From Aplysia californica (lineage: Eukaryota), in contig NW_004797391.1 of assembly GCF_000002075.1 (NCBI RefSeq), positions 652,805 to 716,804 on the forward strand: DNA of 64,000 bases. Direction: 5' to 3'. How positions within the stretch are numbered: position 1 is the first letter of the stretch; each line of letters opens with the position of its first letter. Under the pieces are notes generated by a model, which searched no databases, had not been told where the DNA came from, and saw only the letters and a list, made by a program, of their open reading frames with translations. Shown one piece after another: positions 35,394 to 48,852 of this stretch. Made by a program: the position numbers and the translations under genes.

Positions 35394-36776
35394 TAAAATG
35401 TAACTGTGACTAATGATTAATGAATGGGATCATTCTTATTACAGATTACCCACTGCCAAGACATCAGTTATTTTTCCTTACTTTTCCAGTGATATTTTTT
35501 GCTCCTCGTCTTTGTCTTTCTTTCTGTTTCTAGATCTTAGTCTCACGAAAGTTGACTTGACATCATTTGAGATGCACAGGTAGTCCCCCCCCAAAAAAAA
35601 ATACATGTTAAATTTCTTTTTGAGTAGAGCATATGCTCTTTTAAAAAAAAGAAAAATACATGTAAAATTTCTTTTTGAGTAGGTAAAGCATACCAAGCTT
35701 TTCATGCAGCAGGCTCTGTGTGCTTTTCAACTATTTAGCAATCAAACAAGTACCACAGTTGGGAAAGGGAACTCAAATAAATCTGTGGTAGATCAAGCAC
35801 TCATGCCTACTTTTCTTTTCATGAAATCATGTATTCCTGTCTTGCCACTCTGAGTAGAGACAATGTGCTGGTGTGGTGCCAGACTAAAGTCGCACTAAGA
35901 AGTCATTGGTTAGATTTGCATCAACACTAAAGTGCATCCAGCTTTCAGTTTCAGCGGCCTCTCTCTCTCCCCCCTATGCACAGAGGGAATGACACATAAA
36001 ATATTATGATTAGACAATTAGACCTACTGTAGATTGCAAAGAAGAAATTCCCTATATTAGCAGAGGATGTTGTTTTGATTCATTTGCTTTTTTGCTGTTT
36101 TCTTGCCCATTTTTTCCAAGGGTTTTGTTAATGGTAGGACCACTGTTATAGCTGAGTATGTCTGTCTGAATGCCTGCAATAAAAAAAACTTCTATATTTA
36201 AAAATGCATTTATATTATAAGAGATCGGACTAGGGGATTCATTTGAGCCTGCAATAGCCGGAATCCTTTTCTTACCAGGACTGTTATAAGCAGAGTCCCC
36301 AGTATCCAGATTTTGAATGGGCTTACAAAAATGCATGCTTCCCACAAAAGGTCCATTGCACATCTCCCCACCCAAGCACCATGCTCTTAGTCTTAGGCAG
36401 AGAGTTTTTTGGCATAGGGTGAATGCAATATATACATGTAATATATTATTGAATTATTGGCTCATAAATTAAAAATGTACTATGAAGGAATTCAAACAAT
36501 GGTCACAATATTGTAACACTAGGACGGAGTGATACAGATTCATTTACTGGTCCCATACCAGTACATGTATTACCAGAGTATCAAATCGCAATAAATTTAT
36601 CTGGAACAAAAAAAAAAGAGAGGAGGGAAGGGAGCCATGAATAATTAATCAGAATACTGTGTAACAACATAAATGCAGTTTTACCCAGTTGTCCTGTTCT
36701 TAACAGTACTCACATTGCCATTTATGTCTCCATATCATTTCTGTACGGATATCAAAGGCTGAAGCATGACAATGAT

Positions 36777-37213
36777 ATGTGAGGCAGCGTGGTGGAATCA
36801 GGCTCTCGTCAAAATAATGAAAGTGAAGAAACTTGCATTTTTCCGCAGGTTTGTGAATTTTTATCAAATATTTTGATTTTTGGCTCAACACCTTTAATGC
36901 CCATTAAAGGATTCATTTCTGTGTGGACTTTTCTGAAAAACGTTACAGGCACAAAAAATGTAAATTTTCAGCTACCACGGACTCTTAAGCTAAGGAAATA
37001 ACTAATCTTTGGCTGGCCATTTTCTCACTAATTTTATCTCTGAAAACAGGTGACCCTGACCTCCTTCATTCGCAAATATCTCGACTTGTATTCAAGATAA
37101 AGGGATATTTTTAAAATCCAAATAAAGGCAAGTGAACAGGCTTTAAGATGTTGCCAATAACGATACAAGCCCAAAAATTGACGAGAGCCTGATTCCACCA
37201 CGATGCCCCACAT
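36777..37213. mobile_element. MITE with ~36-bp terminal inverted repeats
   Basis: atgtgaggcagcgtggtggaatcaggctctcgtcaa versus ttgacgagagcctgattccaccacgatgccccacat (2 mismatches). Confidence 0.85.
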
Positions 37214-40200
37214 GATTTTAACAAAATGAACCTCAATATGTAGAAAAAATAGAAAAGTTCTCAACTGGCTAGTAGAACTTCATGCAAACAAATACAAGTG
37301 TATGGTTCAATGTTTTAAATCTATGGTACACTCTTTGCAACAATTGCAGGAAGGGATTAGATAGGTCCAAAGTGAAGGTACAGGGGTGTGAGGGGTGTGC
37401 ATTATAATATATATGTGTGTATAGGGTAGGGAAGGGGAGTGCATCACTGTGTGTGTTTAGGGTAGGGAAGGGGGTGCAAAAGGTATGGCACTCAGGAAAA
37501 ATTACTTAGGTGCCAGGCCTTCTACTTTTAATGTCTCAGTTCTCAGTCGAATATAAATTTATAAGACTGAACTGCATTCAGTATAGGCTAGTAATATACA
37601 GGCATTATTATGCAGAGGGAAAATCTTCAAGAAAAACGTTTTTGAACAGCAATGAAAGCTTTGAAAGAGCTGCCTACTTTTAGCACAATATGTCGGATTA
37701 CATGTACTTGACTGGGTTAAATGGACCATGCCAACAAGTTTATATAAGTTTGTATAAATATTATCACAGAAAGTTTCCGAATCTAAATTACATGGCTCTC
37801 CCAAATGTTATAATGACAATGCACAACTTTTTAAAACTCTAAAACAAACAAATTTTTTTTTGTCTCTGTTATATGAAAAGACACTGAGAAAAAAATGTAC
37901 AGAAATGGATTAAATAACAGACAATAACAGCTGAGTGCAAATTTTATAAATACATGTAGTACAATACAAAAAAAATATGGCTCTTCGTCTTACATTACAA
38001 GCACAAGGATGGCTAAAAGTAAAAGAGTCCAAATCCAAATATCAGGAGAAGCAAACACATTTCTCATGGATTCATCACAAGACAGACACTCATGGGCATT
38101 TGTGTACTTCGATCAGAGAGAGCGAGTGACTCAGTAAGAGTAGCAAATCAAAACAATAACATTTTTTATAGTGCCAGGAAGAAAACACGACTGACAGAAA
38201 GAGACAACAAAAGGGAGAGTGCGAAAGTAGGGCCTTCCAGTGACACCAACCAACCATCAGCTGAGAGAGCAAATTCATCTCACTCAGAATTAACAATCAC
38301 TTCTGAAAGTCAGACTGGAATAGTACATTGGATTGGGGAACACACATTATTTATTTACAGTTTTGAATAATTCTTCTGAGTTTGAGTCAGCAGTAGCACA
38401 AGTGACACAGACAAAAGTCACCAAATATCACATGATGAAATAAAAACTGCATGATTGCCTGATGACTTTACAGAAACAACGAAGTGGAATGTATTGATTT
38501 AAACTTAAGTGGCAATAATTTATGATGACCATTACTTTCACATTCTCTCTCCTCCTCATTCTCAACACGTTCTTATGGTTGTTCTTCCACCTTCACTGAT
38601 ACAAACATGACTCATCATATCAAACACACACATGTTTCCACATCTTCCAAAATTAAGAATATTGGTATTTGAAATTTACTTAATTTAACGAACACCATCC
38701 CTTGGATTTTTTAATGGCAGCACTGTGTATTTCTATAGACCTGAACCCATGTCTTTCGGCATGAGATGGAGTAAATCTACCACCAGTTAACCCATGAGAG
38801 CTCAAGGGCATGAGTTCTATTTGCTCAAGGGACCAGGGCTTGCAACAACTGCTGGATCAAGATCTGCTGCTGAATGGTAACCTTACACACCCCCCCCCTC
38901 CTCAGTTGCATTCTTGTGTCTCATATGTCAGTCTACCATAACTGCAAAGCAAAAGCAACCATTTCATATTTGATGACAAACGCCATTGAACTTGAAATAT
39001 CTGCCTATTCAACTATTTTCAAGAGCAGTTTTGTCTCACAGAGTCAAGAGTTAATAATAGTCTTAATATTCTTAATTCATAATACATTCTTATAAACTTT
39101 ATACTGGACAGGTACTGGTGGCTATACATGAAATTCTTACACAATGAAAGCATTCAGATTCGATACATTAAGGTCCATTCCTTTAGTAACAGAAGTTCCT
39201 TTGATTAAGTGAGAGTCTTTTGGGATAGTAAGGTCTTTTGCAAAGTTAATTCCTTTTGTAACATAAGTTCTCTTGGAAAGTATGTATTTTTTTGTAAAGC
39301 AAGTACCTTTAAAAGACCCACAATTTTAAAGACCGCTCATCCCTGTTTCCCTCACTTGATGAAGCGGAATAGATGAAACCACATAACCAGTGAGATATGA
39401 CACCAGTTTGTCCATATGCTCCCCAATGCTGGAATCAAGTTGCCACTGAAATGACATGAGGATGTCACAACCATCATCTCCGGATGTGATAAGCAGGATC
39501 TATAACAGCAGACAGCATCACAAACATGAACTTTCTCAAGTATGATGCTAGCAATATCAAACATTACGAACCCAAGCGCGTGTTGTGTTGAGATATAATA
39601 TATAAATACCTTTATCCTTCTGACCGCACAATAAAAACAAATCTTTACAAAACAGTTGTTTTGACCCAGATTGGCAGAGATTTTTCATCCAAATGTAGAA
39701 GTAAAATTTTGTCATTTGGCAAGACAGAAGAGTTGCATATGAATAGAAAACAACAAGATATCAGAAAATGTATATTTGGCTCAAAACAGGTAGGTCAAGT
39801 CTGTTTTAGATTAAAACTATACAGCTTATTAAAAAAAAAAAGCAGCAGTAAAGTCCTTGCTTGTTCATTTGTCTGTAAATGTTAAAACTGTTTTGCTGCC
39901 AATGACTCCGATACAGAACAAGTTTTCCTGGTTTTCATCCTTCACTTCACTGTTTGTTGTTAAAACCAACTGCTTAGTGTAAGACTCCACCGTACGCTAT
40001 TTTGAAAAGTGACAAATGATGGAGTCTTATGCTGAGCAGTCAATATATACATCCTTCATTGTTTATTATGATAACCGTAAACATACAGAATAGTAGATTG
40101 TCTTCATGTAAAAGACCAATAATATCCAGATTCAAGCAAGATTAGGAGAAAATGTTCATGAAATCAGTGAAAAAAGCACCAGATTCAAACTACCGTAACA

Positions 40201-40323
40201 GTCTTTCTAATAGCCCAATAGCCAACCTAAAAATATCGGCTGAAACTGGATGATCTTTCAGTTTCAGAACTCAAAGTCATGTTGATAACGTTAGTTGAAC
40301 CAGATTTACTTTATAATTACTTA

Positions 40324-41143
40324 CAGTGGAACTCGGATTCAACGGACTCGGATTCAATGAGATGAGATAGATTCCCCGGTTTTTTTTCCTTCTTTAAAAT
40401 GAAAAAAAATAACCCAGATTCAACGAGCACTTAAATCAGCGAGCTCGGATTCAACGAGGTCACTTCCAGGGTGAACATCCCTCGCAGATGTGGCTTCGCT
40501 CATTTTTCTCCCAGAACGAACTTTATCTATTCCCGGAAAACATCCATTGCACCTGCATCGTGAACCATTATTCTCTTAGCCGATAGCATGCGACCAATCA
40601 GCGGCCTTCTTTCATACCAGCACATGCATTGTTGGCACACGCATGTGTCTACTCTGGCGTGCGTCAGGGGCGGATTTGCGGTCTGCACACGTGTGGCTGT
40701 GTGTGCATCGGGGAGGGGATTGGGGGGGCACTGGCGATCTGGGCGTTGAACGTCGCAAATACAAACACGTTACAGTCTTTTTTTTCCCTCTGCAACTGAT
40801 CAGTATTACAATGATAAGCTAGTCTTCATCTACGTGATGAATTGTGCGCTGGTCTAGGGAATCAAAAGTTGCCGCATGATGCAAGGCTCTACACAGCAAC
40901 ACAACTTTTTGGTAAACAATCGAGACGACACAGGAGTGTGCATTTTAATGAATCGGTCTTTTTTTTTTTACCCAGCTCATAATATGCAGGCATTTCAGGC
41001 ACTACTTGTGACTTCTTTTTATACATTACTTGCTCAGTGCTTGTAATTATCGACACAAAACCTCGTGTTTGCTATAACGAACACTTGGATTCAACGAGAT
41101 TTTAGGTCAGGCCCGGCGACCTCGTAGAATTCGAGTTCCACTG
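40324..41143. mobile_element. Tc1/mariner (pogo/Tigger-type) MITE
   Basis: TA|cagtggaactcggattcaacg ... cgtagaattcgagttccactg|TA, with internal ctcggattcaacgag repeats. Confidence 0.9.
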
Positions 41144-41616
41144 TATAAGAAAAAACCTGACCATATCCGGTTGCAAGTGGAAACTATTGAGCAATGATAT
41201 TTAGGCACGCAGATGGGTGTGTGCAAGGGGTGAGTATGATTGATCGAGGTGGGAACAAGATATGTTGTAGTTTTGCTGCCACTAACTCCAATATAGCCTG
41301 TGTTTTTCCTAGTTCCTATTGCGAGAAGTAAAACTACATCTTCACCCATGGGAATGACACTACCTCACCTATCTCATAAGGCTGCCCCCCCCCCCCCCCC
41401 CGAAACTATGATACTTCAAAACACAGCATTCATACTGTGCTATTAGAATCAGCAAACATAAATATCAACCCCTTCCCCATCAAAGGCGTGCGTCTCTATG
41501 TGTCTGTTTAATTAGCAGACAAGGACAGCATGTCGGGGCTTGTGTGAGCACTCAGGATCACAATGGGGCTGTTCATTCTTCATGTTTGCCCCCGTGTCCT
41601 CCAAAACTTAGGGCGA

Positions 41617-41808
41617 TCACTTGGGGGCTGTAATCTTGTGTCCGTGTGAGACTGCCCACTGCTCCAGCAGTTTGTCTTGGGTGCTGAGCTGGGATTCAAA
41701 CTTGCTACACAGTGCCTTCAGTTCCCGCACAGTGTGGTCCCGCTCCTTCAGCTGAGCTTGCAGTTTTGTGACTTTACTTAAGCTATCCTCACAGTTTCCA
41801 CAGCTGCC
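41617..41808 (-). CDS. Coiled-coil gene terminal exon (GSCGNCEDSLSKVTKLQAQLKERD...GHKITAPK*)
   Basis: gaacag acceptor, phase 0, TGA at 41619-41617. The joined CDS is about 333 aa. Confidence 0.88.
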   Translation of the reverse strand, partial: GSCGNCEDSLSKVTKLQAQLKERDHTVRELKALCSKFESQLSTQDKLLEQWAVSHGHKITAPK

Positions 41809-42217
41809 CTGTTCCACACAGAGGACAACAAGAGAGACAAATTATGTTTATATTTTTTTATCACAATGATTCTTCATTTTACCAATACATACTCTGTGAC
41901 AAGAAAGTTTAGAATCTACTATAATATCTACAGAGTATTTTGTGGTAATACATAGGCCTACTAATAAAATGTGCATTCACTTTGATATTGATTGTCGTTT
42001 ATGTTTGTATGGTAAGAGCAATTTCATCTACGTGATCCTTAATGTACTAATGAATCTTTACTAAAAAAAGAATAATAATTTCATATTTATGTTGGGAAAA
42101 AAGTATCAAATTAATGCAATGGAGCGAGAAAGTCATTGCTTTCATGACAAATTGTGTTGTGGTAGAATATTTGCAGTTTTAAACTTCCAAAAATAATTTA
42201 TAATTAGCCATATACAC

Positions 42218-43751
42218 CATGGGTCTCAATATTCTGCTGTTTAGCGGATTTCCGCTACCGCCATTTCTTCAACTAAACTACCACTTTCTGTACGCAACCA
42301 AGACAGGGTGACTACCAGGCCCTGGGAGTTACCCAGGAATTTGAAAAAAAAATAGCCGAGACCCAGGAACACCCCATGAATTTGAGGAAATCTGTAAATT
42401 GCCCTGGTAAAGAACCGGGAAAGAACCGAGAAAATATTTAAAACCAAATCTGATAACGTCCGTTCATTCTTGCCGGTCGCGATTCTTATATTTGTTCGGC
42501 TTTTCCTCGACTGAGAGTACATTTCAAGTGAACAAGCGGCTGTGGCGGCAGTGAATGTGTGATACCGAGGCTCGATCAGGAAAATCCAAATCTGCTTTCG
42601 CTACCACCCAGAAATTTATCGGTAGTAATGATAACGCAACATTTGTGACATGCAGGTTGTGCATTATAAACGCTGAGTCGCCATGAAAATAAATCAGTAT
42701 TTGTCCTGTTGTTACTTGTGAAAAAAAGAAAAGAAAGATATACAAGCGTTTTGTCTGGCTCGCCATCTTGACCGGTCAGTGAACCTGCGCACGTTCGCAT
42801 CACATTGTGAGTAGCCTACTGGCGATAGTTGGGGTCAACAAAGTTCATTCAAAGTCCAAGCGCTGCGAACGGGGGGGGGGTGTTGAGGGTTGAAGGCACC
42901 ACTGGAGGACAATAACAACTTGGGAAGCAAAGAATTTTGAGTACGGTACTACTAGATTCTAGAGCTTTGTGCAAAGCGCGCTTTGGTGCAGGCGTTGGAT
43001 GGAATCGGGATCCGCCATACCTTGTAAGCCGTGTTTTTGAACTAAAGGGTTCACGTTTCATTCGGTGGATGATTGTATTCAATTCTATATTTTAGCTTTC
43101 TGTTCAGGATTCGCATATTTTCATTGTCACTGCAGTTTGCCCTCCCACAGCTCTTACACCTCTCACACTGAGTAGGTCTACTTGAGCCATTCAAGTTATT
43201 TCTCTACTTTGAGTTTGAGCAATAATTTTTGTCTTTCACGTTTATTATAATGAATCATGACACAAAGACTGGTTCTTGACAGTCGAAATTCTGGCTCAAG
43301 GCCCTTTCTCAGGATCAAAACAGGATTCATTTTTATATAGTTTATATATATGCAAATATGATGAAGAGAAAATATAATAAATAAGTAAGAACAGACTGAA
43401 ATACCAAATTCACACAAGACCCCAGTGCCACACTGACATGTTGTTGACTCAATCACGCACTGTCATTGTTATGTAACATTGCCAGGAAAATGGGTGAGCC
43501 CCCCCCCCCCCCCCCCCTGGAAAATTGAGAAGCCGGGTCCGCAGTCACCCTGTCAAGACTGAAAATATTTGGTAAGTGACTCTTACTTGAAAATATCTTC
43601 CAAACCCTCAATTTGGTATGAAATAACCTTGCTTTTATAAATTGATGTTTTTTATTTCAGCACTTTAGAATTAAACAGTATAATGGGTGTCTTGCGAAAA
43701 TGTCTTCTGTCACGATCACACGGAAAAGTCCTCCCTGAGTTGAGACCCATG
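42218..43751. mobile_element. Non-autonomous TIR element, possibly composite, in the last intron of the coiled-coil gene
   Basis: Perfect 12-bp TIR catgggtctcaa...ttgagacccatg; flanks atacac/atacat. It encloses the ~1 kb repeat shared with 15800-16755. Confidence 0.65.
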
Positions 43752-43999
43752 ATACATGTATGCCTACTTATGGCCTAAAGAACAAAAGAAAAACTTGAAA
43801 CATGAATTCAATCTCTAGAGTTCAGAAATCAAAAGAAAAATACAACTAGAGTATCCAGAACTTTATGTGCTTCACTTCTCTGAATTTCTTTCTCTACCCC
43901 TTCTCTCTCTCACACACACATACACATATGCACACACTCACAGAAAAATATATAACATGTACATCTTCACATCCTCGCCTCCCCTAGTCTTCTCCTCAC

Positions 44000-44105
44000 C
44001 TGTTTATTTTTACTCAAAGCCTTGATCTTCATGCGTAGCGTGTCGCTCTCCTCTTGCATGCGGGACAATTCTTTTGTCAATTCCTCCAATTGCTGCTGCC
44101 TTTCC
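44000..44105 (-). CDS. Coiled-coil gene exon (W-ERQQQLEELTKELSRMQEESDTLRMKIKALSKNKQ)
   Basis: gtgtag acceptor, gtgagg donor, 106 nt, phase 2/0; completes the split Trp codon. Confidence 0.9.
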
Positions 44106-44699
44106 CTACACACAGAAGGAAATCTAGAGTTTCACACTCTTTTCATCACAATTAGGTTGGTTGAGGTGAGAGATCCCCACATTAACGTTACATGAGTATT
44201 CAAGATGAGTAATTTAATCTTATTTCTGTCCTTGGGGTGTAGCTGGTAAGGGGCGAAAGCCAACAAAGAAAGTTTTAAGTAAATATAAATTTTGAAGGAA
44301 AAGTCTGGGCAGATGGTTGGGGGGCACTACTGTAGGTCCTCCTAGTAGTCCTATGTCTTTTCTTTCCCTCTTTTATTTCTGCCGGTCTATCTTGTTGTTC
44401 CATGTGTTGAATAACTGTTATTGTGCTGATATGCAGCTCACTTCTCAAACTAAACCAAAGCTGTGGATGTTATGAATCAAATCTAAAGCCATGCTACTTC
44501 TAGGAATAAGACATAATATTATAAGCTATACATCTATAGACAAAAACTGATCAGTAAAACATAATATATACGTGTGGAAAAAATGTCTTGTAAGGAAAAA
44601 TCCCACACCCAGCCAAAGACCCTCACCAGTGGCATTTATTTTTCTTTGAAAGAAATAATACTGACATCCATTTCTAGTTGTAATAACAACTTTTATATA

Positions 44700-46070
44700 T
44701 TAATCCAACCGTCAACTCACTGATATATTACTAAGCCAATTGCCAATGATATATATTTGTGTCAATAGCCAAATTCCATATCATATGCCAACTACCAACA
44801 TACATATTCTGTCAGTTACATACCATCCTTACACCAGCTGCCAACTTACATTACAATTACATTATATCATAATGTCAACAATCGACTTATTTACAGTTAT
44901 GCTAATTATGCCAACTGCAAGTTTACAGACAGTAGTCTCCGCCTAAACCCATGGTGCTCGGGAGGGCTCCTTAGCGTGTGTTTATACGGAGCGTGTGTCT
45001 ATTTTTATATGAACCTGTGCAAAGGGAGGCAGGGACGCAGTCATCTCATTGCCTTGATATTCTAGTGACCTCCCTTATAGTATTGGGGTCACTTTGGCGA
45101 ATAATGTGATGACACATGACCGTTTTGTGAAGGAAGGATTTCTCGACTGCGATTATAAACATAAAGGCGTTGAAGGGAGGGGGCAAAAAACAGACTCAAT
45201 GTAATGATATGAACAATAAAATGTCGGGAACAGAACAGATAAAAGGAAACTGTTTTTGAAAGTCATAGTATAAGGATGACAGCTCAACCATGTGACTTTC
45301 CAAGCGACCACCCCGAAGGTAAATTCATGAATGACATCAGAATCGTAGATCGACATTCCGAGAGACTTTTCTCTTGGGATTCATTGTACAAGTACGTCAT
45401 AAGTTCTTCTAACTCAGCTGATTAAGCCTACTTGACTAATCTTTAATCCCACTGAGGCCTATCTAGTGTTCTACAGCATTCACACGTGTTACACATCAAA
45501 GACCTAGGTCCAACTAAACATTACATGCAGTCACCCAAATAGCAGTCAGAAACTTTCTCTCAAAGACACATTTCGAACGACCAATCAACAAACATTTCAG
45601 TCCCACAACCCCCCTCAATACATCACCCGACCACTGTCTATTACTCTCATTGTGGTGCGTGAGGGTCAGTCTCACTGGTCGTCTAGGCCTGCCTTAGGCA
45701 AGCTGTCTAGGCTGCAGAGAAAATGTCCCTTTGTCAAGCTTTAACTGTCGGCGTGTTTTGTGGATCAGAGCGGCCGTTTCGAGGAAGTGACTGCGTTTGT
45801 ACTTCTAGATTATATAGTAAAAAACTCCTAATGTGACGAAAGCATGCGTTTGAGCGAAGCTCGCTTTAGTATAGCATGCATTTAGGGGGAGATTACTGTA
45901 CAACTATTAATATTATGCCAACTATCAATTTATGTATCATCATGCCAACAGTCAACTTACATATATATATATATATCATTAAGCCAACCGCAAATCTGAA
46001 TATCATCATGACAACTGCAAACTTACAACATTATGCCAACTACCAACTGACATATATTTCTATACTTATC
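44700..46070. repeat. Degenerate ~25-30 bp minisatellite (attatgccaactgccaacttaca-like), split by a MITE
   Basis: Repeated atgccaact/aacttac motifs at 44700-44925 and 45900-46070. Confidence 0.65.
44930..45898. mobile_element. Tc1/mariner-type MITE
   Basis: cagtagtctccgcctaaa versus tttagggggagattactg|ta (18-bp TIR, 2 mismatches). Confidence 0.7.
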
Positions 46071-46080
46071 ATATACTTAC

Positions 46081-46196
46081 CAAGAGTTTCCCTTCAAGGC
46101 GTCGGCCATTTGTGACTTCAACCTAGACAGTTTTTTATCTTTGTCAGAGATTTCAGCGTCTTTAGAAGCAATGGCATCCTTTAGTTGTTGCTCCAA
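46081..46196 (-). CDS. Coiled-coil gene exon (LEQQLKDAIASKDAEISDKDKKLSRLKSQMADALKGNS-W)
   Basis: ttttcag acceptor, gtaagt donor, 116 nt, phase 0/2. Not present in the ORF track. Confidence 0.9.
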
Positions 46197-46492
46197 CTGA
46201 AAGAGAGAGAGAGAAACATCAGACACGGAAACTAAACATTACACAAAAGAAAAGGAATTAGATGAATATTGGCAAAAGATGGTCAGAACAAGAAAAAATA
46301 TAGACGTGCAGTACTAGTTTTGATTTTGAGTAAAAAGAAGCACACTGACCCATTAAAGGTCATTTAGTGCAGAAAAAAGCAAAAGAGCTGTTGTGTCACT
46401 GATAGCCCTGTTTGTATTTGTCCTAAATTATGTTAAGTAAAATATTTTAGAATTACTACACATGACCTGAGGTTCAATCCAACAGTAACTGT

Positions 46493-46825
46493 GGCGTCGG
46501 TGGCCTAGTAGTTAGGCTCTCAAACTTGCAACCATAAGGTTGTGGGTTCGAATCCCGTCAGGGGCCCGACGTTGTGTCCTTGGGAAAGGCATTTTACACG
46601 AAATTTCCTCACTTCACCCAGGTGGGAATGGGTACCCGGCTATAGACAGCGAAAGATCTTGTCGGTTTGTTAGTGTTTGAGTGCTTAATCAGCTGCTTGC
46701 ACTGTATGCTTCCCGGGAAGCTGAGAATGTTTCTCAGTGTTCTATGGTCTGCTGGGGTAATAATATAGTGTGATGCGAATAGAGCCTGCTGTTGAGCGGG
46801 GATATGTGCTATACAAATGCTATTT
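46493..46825 (+). mobile_element. tRNA-derived SINE with CORE/Meta-like centre
   Basis: A box tggcctagtagtt, B box ggttcgaatccc, centre gttgtgtccttgggaaaggca...tttcctcac...cccaggtg..aatgggtacccggc, LINE-like 3' end. Confidence 0.9.
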
Positions 46826-46833
46826 ACAACATA

Positions 46834-46935
46834 TGGCCTAAATAAGGTAAGGGAGGGGGGTTTAGCTTATTCAGGCCACAGTGGACTGTGGCCTAAATAA
46901 GGTAAGGGAGGGGGGTTCAGCTTATTTAGGCCACA
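46834..46935. repeat. Two tandem hairpin units with tggcctaaataag/cttatttaggcca arms
   Basis: Seen directly in the sequence; the junction ccacagt-gg-actgtgg is itself palindromic. Confidence 0.85.
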
Positions 46936-46999
46936 CATGTTATTATTAACTTATAATCCAAAACCCCTGAAAACAGAAAAACAAAGCCCAGCTTCTTAC

Positions 47000-47158
47000 C
47001 TCGGTTTTGAGAGCCTCCAGCTCTTCTCTGTGTTCCCCAACCATTCGACCAATCCGTTCGTGAGCTTGCCCTAGTTCCTCGCGGGTGCCTTGCAAAGAGG
47101 TTCGAGTCTTGTCGTGGTCAGCTCTCTCCTCATCCAGTCGGCTTTCATGTTCCTTCTC
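47000..47158 (-). CDS. Coiled-coil gene exon (EKEHESRLDEERADHDKTR...ELEALKTE)
   Basis: tcacag acceptor, gtaaga donor, 159 nt, phase 0/0. Confidence 0.9.
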
Positions 47159-47419
47159 CTGTGACAAGAGAGAAAACAAGTCATAACGATAATTTAAAAG
47201 ATGAATGTGTTGATTTAAATGTTAAAACAGTATGAAAAGACAGGAATGACTACAACTACAACTTTTTATTTCTGTATGTCCAAGGAAGAAGAGAAGAGAC
47301 ACTTCCTCTCCTTTGTCTGTCTGTCTGTCTGTCAGTCTGTGCCTGTCTTCCCCTCCCCCTTCTCCTAATCCATCTCTGTTTGTCTGCCTGCCAGTCTGTG
47401 TCTCTCTTACTCCTTCTCC

Positions 47420-47475
<56 letters not shown>

Positions 47476-47615
47476 AAGGCACACAGAGAGAAAGAGAGAC
47501 AGAGAGGGAGACAGACATAGAGACACACAGAAAGAGAATGAACAAGAGGGGGAAGGGGGCAAGACAGAGCGAGACAGAGACAAAAAGACAAAGAGAGGAG
47601 GAGTAACCAACTGAC

Positions 47616-47738
47616 CTGTGTTTCTAGTCTGTCCTGTAGTGCCGTGTTCTCATTCTCTTTCCCCCTCAGTGCAATCTTCAGCTCCGCGATCTGCTTCTGT
47701 AAGGCCGACACCTGGTCTTTCAGGTCCTTCTCCCTGTT
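47616..47738 (-). CDS. Coiled-coil gene exon (NREKDLKDQVSALQKQIAELKIALRGKENENTALQDRLETQ)
   Basis: ccacag acceptor, gtcagt donor, 123 nt, phase 0/0, heptad pattern. Confidence 0.85.
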
Positions 47739-48852
47739 CTGTGGACGGGTCGGGGGTCAAATCGAAGATAAGGGTCAGAGGTTTATTTAATATATGTGTT
47801 TTTTATTGTTGTTGTTTTTATGCCCCATCGACACACAGTTTATTGTTTGTTTGTTTCTGTAAAAAGGAGCACATCGACACAATAATGGCCATTCGGTGCT
47901 GGGAAAAATAAGACAGACAGACCGAAACAACAGAGGAAAGTTGTTTTTTTTAAGTGGCGCTCTCCAACCACCCGTGGACATAGAGTTATCATTTCATTTA
48001 GGACTTAAGAGGCGTGGAGGCAGGTTTCAACCCTGCCGGTCAAGGCCAACCCGGGCTGAGAGGGATACAAATTTGGCCCTACAAATTTCCCAGGAAAAAG
48101 AGTGTCTTCAAGGACACGAGCCGGGCGATTGGTTTGTATTAGAGAACCGATCCCCCAAAGGGCAAAAGGCCGGGTATTAAAAATTCTCTCCATATCGAAC
48201 GCCTAACCGCTGCGCCTCAGACACCTGCTGTTTCTTGGGGCATGCGTTCTACCAACAAAAATAGAAACGGTCGTTTGGGTTTCGTCTCCAATTTATATAC
48301 ATGTATCTTTTTTTGTTTGTTTGTTCGATTGCTGTCTTCGATTTGCACAGTGTATTTTCACTGTCTTGATCTAGGACCTTAGAACAAATACTATCCATAC
48401 AACGTCCTTGGTCTTGATGAAGGATATACAGTACATGTAGGCCTACTGGGCCGCCTTTGAAATAACCTGCACTCTGTTTACACGCAAGTATGGCTCCGAC
48501 ATTAACAGTAATAGAAGGACATAAAATACGAAACGGTAGAATGCAAACACGCAGATCAAAACACAGTTATTAATCACGTCATAGTGACAAAAAGTGAACT
48601 GATTTTTGTTTTTTTAAGTCCAAATATATTTGATAAAACTATTAAATTTCTATCTTTCTTTTCCTCTTTCTTAGTGATTTTTAAAAACTAATTCCTGTTT
48701 GCCTGCTTGGTCCTACAGAGAAAATTTATAACAAAACCATCTCCTAACCCCTTCCCCTGGAGCAATCAAATAAACATGTCACGTAGTTAGAATTGCAGTT
48801 ACGAAATATTGATGGGGTAGTTGCCAAGGTGCAGAGCAGAGCCATATATATG

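Noticed and set aside
35400-41600. An additional gene between the transposon nest and the coiled-coil gene
   Set aside because: Only short ORFs with no homology or phase-consistent splice sites. More likely 3'UTR or intergenic DNA with MITEs.
46493-46570. tRNA gene (also 53310-53386 and 5870-5930)
   Set aside because: The A/B boxes continue into SINE bodies and tails, so these are tRNA-derived SINE heads.
47222-47610. SLSLSL/ERERER ORFs (also 52796-53065 and 53717-53959)
   Set aside because: Translations of (GA)n/(CT)n microsatellites.
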